DNA of 64,000 nt from Acidobacteriota bacterium (GCA_003223555.1 QHVM01000082.1:163762-227761), one strand, 5' to 3'. Shown: positions 1 to 9,982, counted from the first letter of the stretch. The notes: generated by a model from the letters alone, not told the origin. Numbers and translations are program-made.

Positions 1-1161
1 TCGAGGCTCGCCCCCGGCGCCTTGATCCTCACCGGCGCCGATCGCGCGGCGGTCGAGCGGGCGGCGAAGGATCTCTCGCTGACCGTGGTGGCGCTGGACG
101 CGGCGCCGAAGGTGAAGGCGCACCAGGTCGGCGTGCCGCGGGTCGCCATCGTCCACGACTGGCTGAACACGCAGAACGAAGGCTGGTGGCGGATCGCCTT
201 CGACCGCTACGCGGTGCCCTACGACTACGTCTCCGTCCACGTCGTGCGCGACACGCCGGACCTGCGCTCGCGGTGGGACGTCATCGTCTTCCCGCCCACC
301 GGGGGTGCTTCGGTGCAGCGCGAGATCGCGGGGATCCAGGCCTCCGACGCCGTCCCCTGGACGCCGAGCGACAGGTACCCGAACCTCGGCGGGCCGGACA
401 AGACGGACGACATGCGGGGCGGGATCGGGTTCGAAGGCCTCGCCCACCTGCGCCGCTTCGTCGAGCAGGGAGGCGCGCTCGTCGCCGCCGCCAGCTCGGC
501 CGTGCTGCCGGTGCGGACGGGCCTGGTGGAGGCGGTGGACGTGGCGGAGACCCGGGGCTTGCAGGCGCGCGGCAGCGTGGTGCGGGCGACGATCGTCGAT
601 CGTGCGAGCCCCATCGCGTACGGCTACGGCGAGACCCTCGCCGTCTATTTCAACCAGGCGCCCGCCTTCGAGGCCGGTCCGGCGGTGGCCCTCGGCGGCG
701 CCCAGCGCTTCGCCGAGATCTTCGGGCCGCCGACGCAAGGCCGCGTCTCCGGCCGCGGCGGGCCGAAGGACCCCGACATCCCGCAGGGCCGTCCCTATGT
801 GGCGCCTCCCGAGACGCCCAAGGGTCCGCCGCAGACGATCGCCGACATCCCGGAGGAGATCCTGGACTTCGTCCGCAACCAGCTCCCGCCCGAGGACCGC
901 CTGCCGCGCGTGGTCGCCCGGTTCGCCAAGAAGGACGACCTGTGGGTCTCGGGGATGCTCGACAAGGGCGAGGAGCTGGCCGAGAGGCCGGCCGTCATCG
1001 ACTGCCCGCTCGGCAAGGGGCACGTGGTCCTCTTCGCCAACAACCCGATGTGGCGCTGGCAGACCCACGGCAGCCACGCCCTCGTCTTCAACACGATCCT
1101 GAACTGGGACCATCTCGACGCCGGCCGGACGGCGGCGAAGCCGGCGCCTCCCCGGCCCTGA
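1..1161 (+). CDS. Hypothetical protein, probably 5'-truncated at the window edge (the frame is open back to position 1; first ATG at 22)
   Basis: 379-aa ORF with no stop between position 1 and 22 in the same frame. No family recognised by eye. Confidence 0.5.
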   Translation, partial: SRLAPGALILTGADRAAVERAAKDLSLTVVALDAAPKVKAHQVGVPRVAIVHDWLNTQNEGWWRIAFDRYAVPYDYVSVHVVRDTPDLRSRWDVIVFPPTGGASVQREIAGIQASDAVPWTPSDRYPNLGGPDKTDDMRGGIGFEGLAHLRRFVEQGGALVAAASSAVLPVRTGLVEAVDVAETRGLQARGSVVRATIVDRASPIAYGYGETLAVYFNQAPAFEAGPAVALGGAQRFAEIFGPPTQGRVSGRGGPKDPDIPQGRPYVAPPETPKGPPQTIADIPEEILDFVRNQLPPEDRLPRVVARFAKKDDLWVSGMLDKGEELAERPAVIDCPLGKGHVVLFANNPMWRWQTHGSHALVFNTILNWDHLDAGRTAAKPAPPRP

Positions 1162-1200
1162 GGGCGCGCCGCATCGCGCGGCCCATGTCATCCTGAAGCC

Positions 1201-4200
1201 GTGGGCTTCCACCCCGCGGTCGAGGACTGGTTCGCGGCGACGTTTCCCGGCCCGACGCGGGCCCAGCGGCTGGCCTGGCCGGAGATCGCGGCCGGCCACT
1301 CGACCCTCGTCCTCGCGCCGACCGGCTCGGGCAAGACGCTGGCCGCCTTCCTCGCCGCCATCGACCGGCTGATGTTCACGCCGGCACCGCCGGCGGCGGA
1401 GCGGTGCCGCGTCGTCTACGTCTCTCCGCTGCGCGCCCTGGCCTTCGACGTGGAGCGCAACCTCCGCGCGCCCCTGGCCGGCATCGCCCGCACCGCCGAG
1501 CGCCGGGGCATCGACTTCCACCGGCCCGAGATCGGTCTGCGCACGGGCGACACCCCCGCCGCCGAGCGGGCCCGCATGGCGCGCCATCCGCCCGACATCC
1601 TCATCACGACTCCGGAGTCGCTCTTCCTCGTCCTGACCTCGCGGGCGCGGGCCATGCTCCCCTCGGCCGAGCTGGTGATCGTGGATGAGATCCACGCCCT
1701 CGTCGGGAGCAAGCGGGGCGCGCACCTCGCCCTCTCGCTCGAGCGGATGGCGGAGCTGGCGCGCACGCCGCCGCAGAGGGTCGGCCTCTCCGCCACCCAG
1801 CGTCCGCTGGAAGAGGTTGCCCGTTACCTGGGTGGCGGCGAAGGAGTCCGCGCCTGGCGGCCCCGGCCGGTGTCGATCGTCGACGCGGCCGAGGGCAAGG
1901 CGTTCGACCTCAAGGTCGAGGTCCCGGTCGAGGACATGTCGCGGCTGGGGGAGGTGCTGCCGGCGACCGCTCCCGACGGCAGGCTAGCCGAGGCGGCCAG
2001 CCAACCCGCGGGCGCCGTCGCTCGCCGGTCCATCTGGCCCGCGATCCATCCCCGCCTGCTGGAGCTCGTGCGCGCCCACCGTTCCACCTTGATCTTCGTG
2101 AACAGCCGGCGGCTGGCCGAGCGGCTGGCCGCCGCTCTCAACGACCTGGCCGGCGAGGAGCTTGTCCGGGCCCACCACGGCTCGGTCGCCCGCGAGCAAC
2201 GGATCGCCATCGAGGACGCGCTCAAGGCGGGCCGCCTGCCCGCCATCGTGGCCACGTCGTCCCTGGAGCTGGGGATCGACATGGGGGCGATCGACCTGGT
2301 GGTGCAGATCGAGACCCCGCCTTCGGTGGCGGCGGGGATGCAGCGGATCGGGCGCGGCGGCCACCAGGCCGGGGCGGTCTCCCGCGGCGTGATCTTCCCC
2401 AAGTACCGCGGCGACCTGCTCTCCACCGCCGCCATCACCCGCGCCATGCAGCAAGGCGCCGTGGAAGCGACCCGCGTCCCCGCCAATCCCCTCGACGTCC
2501 TCGCCCAGCAGATCGTGGCCGTCTGCACGGAAGGCCCGCGCAGCGTGGACTCGCTGCTGGCTCTGGTGCGCCGGGCCGCCTCCTTCGCCAGGCTGCCCCG
2601 GGCCCAGTTCGAGGGCGTCCTCGACATGCTGGCCGGCCGCTACCCGTCCGACGAGTTCGCCGAGCTGCGCCCGCGTCTGGTGTGGGACCGGCTCCGTGGC
2701 ACGGTGAGGGCGCGCGAGGGCGCGGCCCGGCTCGCCATCGCCAACGCGGGCACGATCCCCGACCGCGGGCTCTACGGCGTCTTCCTGGCCGAGGGAGGCC
2801 AGGAGGCGCCGGGGAGCCGGAGGAGATGGTGTTCGAGAGCCGGGTGGGCGAGGTCTTCGTGCTCGGCGCGTCGAGCTGGCGCATCGCGGAGATCACACGC
2901 GACCGGGTCCTGGTCGTCCCCGCGCCCGGCGAGCCCGGCAAGATGCCTTTCTGGCACGGCGACCGGGAGCCGCGCCCGGTCGAGCTGGGCCGGACGGTCG
3001 GCGCGCTCACGCGCGAGCTCGCGGCGCACCCGCGCGATCAGGGCCGGCGCCGCCTGGTCGACGAGCACGCCCTGGCCCCGGTCGCGGCGGACAACCTCCT
3101 CGATTACCTCGAGGAGCAGCGCCAGGCGACCGGCGTCCTGCCCGACGACCGGACGCTGGTGCTGGAGCGCTCGCGGGACGAGATGGGCGACTGGCGGCTG
3201 TGCCTGCTGTCGCCGTGGGGTGGGCGTGTCCATGCCCCGTGGTCACTGGCCCTCCAGGCCGGGATGCGCGCGGCCGGGGAAGCGGAAGTGGAGACGCTGT
3301 GGAGCGACGACGGCATCGTCGTCCGCGTCCCCGACCGCGAGCGGCCGCCCGAGGCGACCGCGCTCGTCCCGCAACCCGAGGAGGTCGAGGACCTGGTGGT
3401 GGCCGAGCTGGGCCGGAGCGCGCTGTTCGCGGCGCGTTTCCGCGAGGCGGCGGCCCGGGCGCTGCTCCTGCCCCGGCGGCGGCCCGGGCTGCGCTCGCCC
3501 CTGTGGATGCAGCGCAAGCGCGCGGCCGACCTGCTCGCGGTGGCCGCTCGCTTCGGCTCGTTCCCGATCATCCTCGAGACGTACCGGGAGTGCCTGCAGG
3601 ACGTGTTCGACGTGCCGTCGCTGCTGGAGCTGTTGCGGCGGATCCGCCGCCGCGAGCTGCGCCTGGTGACGGTCGACACGGCCAGCCCCTCGCCCTTCTC
3701 CGCGTCGCTGCTCTTCGGCTACGTGGCCAACTACATCTACGACGGCGACGCGCCCCTGGCCGAGCGCCGGGCCCAGGCCCTCTCGGTCGACCAGGCCCAG
3801 CTGAGGGAACTGCTGGGCGAGGCCGAGCTGCGCGAGCTCATCGACCCCGCGGTCCTGGCCGAGGTGGAGCAGGAGCGGCAATGCCTGGACGAGCGGCGGC
3901 GCGCCCACGGAGCGGACGCCGTGCACGACCTGCTCGTCCGGCTCGGCGACCTCACCCGCGACGAGCTGGCCGCCCGCGTCGCTCCGCCCGCCCGGGGGGA
4001 CGAGGCCGACGCCGCTCCGCGGGAGCTGGCCGAGCGCTGGGCGGCCGCCCTGGTCGACGCGCGGCGCGCCTTCTTCGTGAGCCTGGCCGGAGACGAGCGC
4101 CTGGCGGCGGCCGAGGACGCCGGCCGCCTGCGCGACGCGTTCGGGGTGCCTCCGCCGCCAGGTCTGCCGGGGGCGTTCCTGGACCCGGCCCGGGACGCCC

Positions 4201-5813
4201 TGCGCGACGTGGTTGCCCGCTACGCCCGCACCCACGGGCCGTTCACGGGGACTGACATCGCGCGGCGTTACGCCACCGCCGAGCAAGGCGTGGAACAGGC
4301 CCTGCGCCGCCTGGCCGAGGCGGGCCGGGTGCTGGAAGGCGAGTTCCGTCCCGGCGGCATTGGCCGCGAGTGGTGCGACGCCGCGGTGCTGCAGGCGTTG
4401 CGGCGCCGCTCGCTCGCCCGACTCCGCCGGCAGGTCGAGCCGGCCGAGCCCGCCGCCCTGGCCCGGCTCCTCCTCGACTGGCAGGACGTGGCGACCGGCG
4501 AGCTGCGTCCGCTCCAGAGCGGATCGGAGGCCGTCCTGCAGGTCGTCGAGCAGCTCCAGGGCGCGGTCGTGCCCGCCTCGGTCCTCGAGCGCGACGTGAT
4601 GCTCGCCCGCATCCCCGGCTACCGCCCGGCCGACCTCGACGCACCCTGTGCGGCGGGCGAGGTCGTATGGGTGGGGATCGCTCCGCTCGGCGAGCGGGAC
4701 GGCAAGGTCGCGCTCTTCCTCGCCGAAGACCTCTGGCTGCTCCACTCGCCGCGGGCCGACAAGCCGAAGGGCGAGGTCCACGACCGCCTGCGGGAGCATC
4801 TGGCTCGTCACGGCGCGAGCTTCTTCGCCGACCTGCACCAGGCCGCCGGGGGCGGGCTCGTGCAGCCGGTGCTCGACGCCCTCTGGGACCTGGTGTGGGC
4901 GGGCGAGGTGACCAACGACACCCTGGGCGCGCTGCGGGCCTTCGCGCGCAGCCCCGGCCGCCGGCGCCGCCCCGCCCGCCCGTCCGCGCCGTTCCGCTCC
5001 CGGCGTCACGCGCCCCCGAGCGCGGGCGGGCGCTGGAGCCTGCTCCTCCCGCCTCCGGCCTCGCGCACGCCGACCCCCACCGAGCGCGCCAAGGCCCAGG
5101 CCGAGCAGCTGCTGTCTCGCCACGGCGTGCTCACCCGGGCCGCGGTGATCGCGGAGGGCGTCCCGGGCGGCTTCGCCGCGCTCTACCCGGTGCTGCGCGC
5201 GCTCGAGGAATCGGGTCGGGTGCGGCGCGGATACTTCGTCTCCGGGCTGGGGGGCTCCCAGTTCGCGCACCCGGGCGCGCTCGAGCGGCTGCGCGCGCGG
5301 CGCGAGCCGTCCTCCGCGCTCGCCGACGCGCCGCGTCTCTCGGTGGCGGTGCTGGCCGCGACCGACCCCGCAAGCCCGTACGGCGCCTCGCTGCCGTGGC
5401 CCAAGGCAGGGGCCGGCCGCCTGCAGCGGGCCGCCGGCTCCCACGTCGTCCTCGTCGACGGAGCCCTCGTCGCGCATCTCCGGCCGGGCGAAGGAGAGAT
5501 CACGACCTTCCTGCCTGCGGACGAGCCCGCCCGCTCGCGCTCGGCCGCGGCCCTGGCCGGAGCGGTGGGCGGCTGGTCCGCGGCCGGGCACGGCGCCGTC
5601 GTCTGGATGAGCGTCGACGGCGAGCCGGTCGCGCGGAGCGCGCTCGCTTCCACGCTGCGCGCGGCGGGCTTCGTCCCGTCGGGACCGGGCATGAGGATAC
5701 GACCCGAATATGCGGCGGCGGCCGCCGCGCAGTCCCGTGCCGAGCCGGGCCCCGGGCCAGCCGAGGACGCGGACGACGAGGCGGCCGGGACGGCGGGGGA
5801 GCCCGAAGGCTGA
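1201..5813 (+). CDS. lhr: ATP-dependent helicase Lhr (DEAD/DEAH-box, large helicase-related), full length ~1537 codons but interrupted by an apparent -1 frame change near 2809-2814
   Basis: N-terminus reads AAGHSTLVLAPTGSGKT (Walker A), with DEIH, RAHHGS and IFPKYRGD motifs. ORF 1201..3669 continues in ORF 2682..5813 after a frame switch: frame A reads ...FLAEGGQEAPG and frame B reads GEPEEMVFESRVGEVFVLGASSWRIAEITRDRVLVVPAPGEPGKMPFWHGD. Combined length matches E. coli Lhr (1538 aa). Confidence 0.85.
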
Positions 5814-5841
5814 TGCGCTAAGGCGACCGCCTGACGCGGCT

Positions 5842-6912
5842 TCAGGCCCGCACCAGCGTCGCCCCCCAGCTCATGCCGGCCCCGAAGGCCACCAGCAACA
5901 CCAGGTCCCCCGGCCGGATCCTTCCCCGCCGGGCGCACTCGTCCCACAGCAGGGGGATGGTGGCGGCGGTGGTGTTGCCGTACTTGTGGATGTTGTGGAC
6001 GACCTTGTCGTCGGGGACCCCCAGCGCCTTCTGGCAGTGCTCGTTGATCCGCCGGTTGGCCTGGTGCATGAGCACGAGCGCCACGTCGTCGATCCTCAAG
6101 CCGTTGCGGGCGAGGACCTGCTGCGCGACCTCCACCATGCGGGTGGCGGCGAGCTTGAAGACGTAGCGGCCGTCCATCACCGGGATGTGGTCGCCGCGGG
6201 CGAACTGCTCGGGGTCGGTGTAGGGCCGGTGCTTGAAGCCGGTGCCGGGCACGTAGAGCTTGTCGTAATCGGCCCCGTCGGTGCCGAGGACGGAATCGAC
6301 GATCCCGCGCGAGCCGTCCTCCTGCGCCTGCAGCACCACCGCCGCCCCCGCGTCGCCGAAGAGCACGGTCAGGTGACGGAAGCGGGAGTTCCAGGCGTGC
6401 TCGGCCGGGGTGGGCGGCACGTCCGACCGGCCGTAGAGATAATCCCAGTTGGCGGCCGAGTAGGGCATGAAGCCGCTGTGGACCTCGGCCCCCACCAGCA
6501 GCACGGTGCGGGCCAGGCCCGCCCTGACGTGGGCGTCCACGAGCTGGAGGCCGTAGAGGAAGCCCACGCACTGCTGCCGGATGTCGAAGCAGGGGACGTT
6601 CCGCAGGCCGAGCTTGGCCTGCAGCAGAGGGCCGGCGCCCGGGAAATAGTAGTCGGGGGTCATGGTGGCGAAGACCACCAGGTCCACGTCCTCCGGCGCG
6701 GTGGCCCCCTCGGCCAGGGCCCGGCGGGCGGCGGCCACTCCCAGGTCGGAGGTGGCCGTGCCGAGGTCCACGTAGTAGCGCGTCTCCACCCCGCTGCGCT
6801 CGCGGATCCACTCGTCGCTCGTGTCCATGATGCGGGCCAGCATCTGGTTGGTCACGGCATTGGGGGGGATCTCGGAGCCGCTGCCGACGATGACCGCCCG
6901 CATGAAGCGCAT
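5842..6912 (-). CDS. fabH: 3-oxoacyl-ACP synthase III (KAS III, FabH), copy 1
   Basis: N-terminus AVIVGSGSEIP...NQMLARIMDTSDEWIRERSGV; Cys/His/Asn thiolase-fold catalytic context (CSGF..., [21 protein letters not shown]). Confidence 0.88.
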   Translation of the reverse strand: MRFMRAVIVGSGSEIPPNAVTNQMLARIMDTSDEWIRERSGVETRYYVDLGTATSDLGVAAARRALAEGATAPEDVDLVVFATMTPDYYFPGAGPLLQAKLGLRNVPCFDIRQQCVGFLYGLQLVDAHVRAGLARTVLLVGAEVHSGFMPYSAANWDYLYGRSDVPPTPAEHAWNSRFRHLTVLFGDAGAAVVLQAQEDGSRGIVDSVLGTDGADYDKLYVPGTGFKHRPYTDPEQFARGDHIPVMDGRYVFKLAATRMVEVAQQVLARNGLRIDDVALVLMHQANRRINEHCQKALGVPDDKVVHNIHKYGNTTAATIPLLWDECARRGRIRPGDLVLLVAFGAGMSWGATLVRA

Positions 6913-6959
6913 TCTATCCGGTTGCGCCGGGGCCGGGCGCCGGACTATGGTGGAGGCAC

Positions 6960-7406
6960 ATGCTCAAGCGGGGCGAGACGGCGCCGGACTTCGCGGTGGG
7001 CGGCCGCACCCTCTACCAGATCCTCGACGAGCGCGCGGCGGTGGTCTTCTTCTTCCCCAAGGCGTTCACCGCCGGCTGAACGAAGGAGGCCGGCGGGTTC
7101 CGCCGGGAGTACGACAACCTCCAGGCGTCGGGCTGCGAGGTCATCGGCGTGTCCCGGGATTCCCAGGAGACGAACGACCGCTTCCGGGAGAGCCTGCGCC
7201 TGCCCTACTCGCTCGTCGGCGACCCGGAGGAGCGGATCGTCCGCGCCTACGACGTGCGCTGGCCGATCCTCGGCATGGTCCAGCGCGTCACCTACGTGGT
7301 CGGGCGCAACCGGAAGGTGCGTCTCGCCTTCCACAGCGAGTTGGACATGGACGCCCACTCGGCGCGGGCCTGCCGCGCCCTCGCCGAGCAGGCTCCCTCC
7401 GCCTGA
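6960..7406 (+). CDS. Peroxiredoxin (Bcp/PrxQ family) with in-frame TGA (7077-7079) at the peroxidatic Cys position. Candidate selenocysteine-containing peroxiredoxin, ~148 aa
   Basis: ATG at 6960 reads MLKRGETAPDFAVGGRTLYQILDERAAVVFFFPKAFTAG-TGA-TKEAGGF... The Bcp motif is (K)AFTPGCT, so the TGA replaces the catalytic Cys codon. The same frame continues as ORF 7149..7406 (…GVSRDSQETNDRFRESLRLPYSLVGDPEERIVRAYDV…), which is the Bcp C-terminal half. Confidence 0.72.
7090..7106 (+). promoter_or_regulatory. SECIS-like hairpin 10 nt downstream of the UGA: CCGGCGG-GUU-CCGCCGG (or a 6-bp stem with GGUUC loop)
   Basis: Perfect 7-bp inverted repeat read directly from the sequence. The apical loop contains GGUUC, like the GGUC loop of the E. 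coli fdhF SECIS. Confidence 0.55.
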
Positions 7407-7431
7407 GGGCGGAAGGCGTCTGCGCCGCGGC

Positions 7432-8130
7432 ATGCCGGCCTCCCTTTCCGTCGTCATCCCCATGTACAACGAGGAGGCCTACGTGGAGCGGGCGGTGGCC
7501 GCGGCCCGCGCGGTGCTGGAAGGGATGGGGGCCGAGTGGGAGCTGGTGCTCGTCGATGACGCCTCCACCGACGCCACGCCGGCCCTCGCCGAGCGTCTGG
7601 CCCGGACCGACCCGCGCATCCGCGTGGTCCACAACCCGGTCAACCGTCGCCTGGGCGGCGCCTTGAGAGCCGGCTACGCCGCGGCCTCGAAGGAGCTGGT
7701 CTTCTACACGGACGCCGACCTGCCGGTGGACCTCGGGCAGCTCCCCCGGGCCGTGGGCCTGCTGGAGGGCCAGCAAGCGGACCTGCTCGCCGGCTATCGC
7801 TTCGACCGGACGTCCGAGGGCCTGCGCCGCGCGCTGTACACGATCGGCTACCACCTGCTCGTGCGGCTGCTCTTCGGCCTCCGCATCCGCGACGTGAACT
7901 TCGCCTTCAAGCTCTTCCGCCGCTCGCTGCTCCAGCGGATCGAGCTGAAGAGCGAGGGCAGCTTCATCGACGCCGAGCTGCTGCTGCGGGCGCGCAAGGC
8001 GGGGGCGGTGATGATCCAGCTCGGCCTCGACTACTTCCCGCGCACGCGGGGTTCGTCCAAGCTCTCCTCGCTGGACGTCATCGCCGCGATCCTGCGCGAG
8101 ATGGCAGGGCAGTGGCGTGAGCTGCGCTAG
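7432..8130 (+). CDS. Family 2 glycosyltransferase (polyprenol-phosphate sugar synthase / DPM1-like)
   Basis: SVVIPMYNEE...LVLVDDASTD...YTDADL motifs typical of GT2 (GT-A fold). Overlaps the start of the downstream GT-C gene by 14 nt. Confidence 0.8.
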   Translation: MPASLSVVIPMYNEEAYVERAVAAARAVLEGMGAEWELVLVDDASTDATPALAERLARTDPRIRVVHNPVNRRLGGALRAGYAAASKELVFYTDADLPVDLGQLPRAVGLLEGQQADLLAGYRFDRTSEGLRRALYTIGYHLLVRLLFGLRIRDVNFAFKLFRRSLLQRIELKSEGSFIDAELLLRARKAGAVMIQLGLDYFPRTRGSSKLSSLDVIAAILREMAGQWRELR

Positions 8131-9940
8131 GCGCGCCGCCCTCCTGGCCACCCTGCTCCTCGCCGCCGCCCTGCGTTTCGCCGGGCTGGGATGGGGCCTG
8201 CGCCAGCCGCCGCATCCCGACGAGGCCGTGTTCCTCGACAACGTGGCCCTCATGATCCGCAGCGGCGACCTGGACCATCGCTACTACCAGTACCCCGGCC
8301 TCTTCTTCTACATGCTGTATCCGCTCGTCCGCCTCCTGCCCCACGATCCGCCCGGACCGGCGGCCTACCTGGCCGCCCGCGCCCTGGTGGCCGCCTTCGG
8401 CGTGGCTTCGTGTGCGCTGGCCGCTCGGCTGGCCCGGGAGGTGGCCTCCCCCCGGGCGGGGCTGCTGGCGGCCCTGCTGCTGGCCGTCTCGCCGGTGGCG
8501 GTGGAGACGGCCCACATGGTCCGTCCCGACGTGGTGCTGCAGGCCCTCTGCCTGGCCGTGCTCATCGCGCTCGTCCGGGTCGGCGTCACTCTTCGCGGCG
8601 ACCTGCTCTCCGGTCTCGGCCTCGGCCTGGCGGGGGCGGTGAAGTTCTCGGCGGTGTTCCTCGTGCCCTCCTACCTCGCCCGGCGCCTCGTCGCGCCCGG
8701 ACCCCGGTGGCGGGGCCTGCTCGCCACGGCGGGCGTGGCCCTGGCGGCTTTCGTCCTGGCCAGCCCCTACGCGGTCCTGCACATGGCCGACTTCGTCGCC
8801 GGGGTGAGGGCCCAGGTCGGCTACCACTACCAGGAGCGGGGCCTGAGCCCGGTGTCCTATCCGCGCATGCTGCTCTTCTACCTGGAGGTCTGGCCCAAGG
8901 CCCTCGGATGGCCGGCGGTGCTGCTGGTCCTGGCCGCGCTGCCGTCCGCGTTCCGCGCCTGGCGGATATGGATCCCTTTCCTGTTTCTTCCCGCGACGGC
9001 CACCGCGGTGCTGGCCACCTCGGACATCCGCCACGACCGCTTCCTGCTGCCTGCGCTCGGCGTGGGGTTCGTCCTGGCCGGCCTGGGGGCGGAGCGGCTG
9101 GCCGGCCCGTGGCGCTTCGCCTTCCGCGCCGTCGCCGCCGTGGCGGCGGCGGTGCCGCTCGTCTCGTCGGTCGCCTACTTGCGCGGCGTGGTCGCCCCCA
9201 GCACCCGCGACCGTGTGCTCGACGCCATGGAGCCGGCCGCGCCTCGGGGAAGCCTCGTCATCTCCAGCGTCGAGCGGCTCGGCCTCGACCCCTCACGAGT
9301 CGAGGTCATGGAGATGGACCACCTGGGGCCGAGCCAGCGCGCCCAGCTCCGGGAGGCGGACTTCGTCGTGAGCACGGAGCGCGATGACCCGGCTTCCCTG
9401 GCCGGCCTCGAGAAGCTGCTGGAAACCGCGCCCGTGAACGCCTGGAACGGGCCGCGCCTCACGGTGTGGCGGGTTCCTCCCGCCCAGCGTCCCCTCCGGC
9501 GGCGCGTCCGCCTCGACCCGGCATGGCTGTCCGCCCCCGAGAACCCCGCCGAGATGCCGCTGGCCTGCGACGGCCGCGACGACACCTGGTGGCGGACCGA
9601 GGGCGTCCAGCGGCCGGGCGATTGGCTCCAGGTCAGATTGCCCGCGCCGGTCCTCCTCGACCGGATCGAGCTGGACGTCGACGGCAACGGCCGCTTCGCC
9701 GCCCGCGAGCTGCAGCTGCTCGTGTCCGCCGACGGGCGCCGCTTCGACGAGGCCCCGACGCGTCCCGGGCGGCCTCCGCTCGACGACCAGCGCGTGGAAG
9801 GCAAGAGCCACAGCCAGGTGCTGTTGCTCACGCCGCCCGCGCCGTCCCGCGCCTTTCGCCTCGTCCTCACCCGGCCTGGCGCCCATCGCTGGGGGGTGGC
9901 CGAGCTGCGGGTGGACGAGAGGGTGCCGCCCGCGCCGTAG
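8117..9940 (+). CDS. Membrane GT-C glycosyltransferase (GT39/PMT- or ArnT-like) with C-terminal discoidin/F5-8 type C-like domain
   Basis: Multi-TM N-terminal region with a DE-containing first loop (HPDEAVFLDNV). C-terminus reads ...CDGRDDTWWRTEGVQRPGDWLQVRLPAPVLLDRIELDV..., which is galactose-binding-like. Operon partner of the GT2 gene. Confidence 0.65.
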   Translation: MSCARRAALLATLLLAAALRFAGLGWGLRQPPHPDEAVFLDNVALMIRSGDLDHRYYQYPGLFFYMLYPLVRLLPHDPPGPAAYLAARALVAAFGVASCALAARLAREVASPRAGLLAALLLAVSPVAVETAHMVRPDVVLQALCLAVLIALVRVGVTLRGDLLSGLGLGLAGAVKFSAVFLVPSYLARRLVAPGPRWRGLLATAGVALAAFVLASPYAVLHMADFVAGVRAQVGYHYQERGLSPVSYPRMLLFYLEVWPKALGWPAVLLVLAALPSAFRAWRIWIPFLFLPATATAVLATSDIRHDRFLLPALGVGFVLAGLGAERLAGPWRFAFRAVAAVAAAVPLVSSVAYLRGVVAPSTRDRVLDAMEPAAPRGSLVISSVERLGLDPSRVEVMEMDHLGPSQRAQLREADFVVSTERDDPASLAGLEKLLETAPVNAWNGPRLTVWRVPPAQRPLRRRVRLDPAWLSAPENPAEMPLACDGRDDTWWRTEGVQRPGDWLQVRLPAPVLLDRIELDVDGNGRFAARELQLLVSADGRRFDEAPTRPGRPPLDDQRVEGKSHSQVLLLTPPAPSRAFRLVLTRPGAHRWGVAELRVDERVPPAP

Positions 9941-9982
9941 GGTGATCAGCGTCGCCCCGGCGGTTGTCGGTCCCGGCCGGGC

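Noticed and set aside
3243-5591. 782-aa minus-strand ORF, plus the similar long ORFs 5183..6811(-), 5710..8130(+, upstream of 7432), 11933..15463(-, upstream of 12775), 12733..14985(+), 32194..37617(-), 39482..41491(+), 58375..62160(-), 58611..62651(+), 52845..55325(-) and 52730..55105(+)
   Set aside because: These overlap well-supported genes on the opposite strand or in another frame. Their translations are Arg/Ala/Gly/Pro-rich low complexity with no recognisable motifs. They are expected stop-codon-poor artefacts of ~70% GC DNA.
6945-7469. Minus-strand 174-aa ORF overlapping the peroxiredoxin gene, initially considered because the + strand frame is broken by a stop
   Set aside because: The + strand product is a recognisable Bcp peroxiredoxin across both sides of the TGA. 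The minus-strand translation is low complexity.
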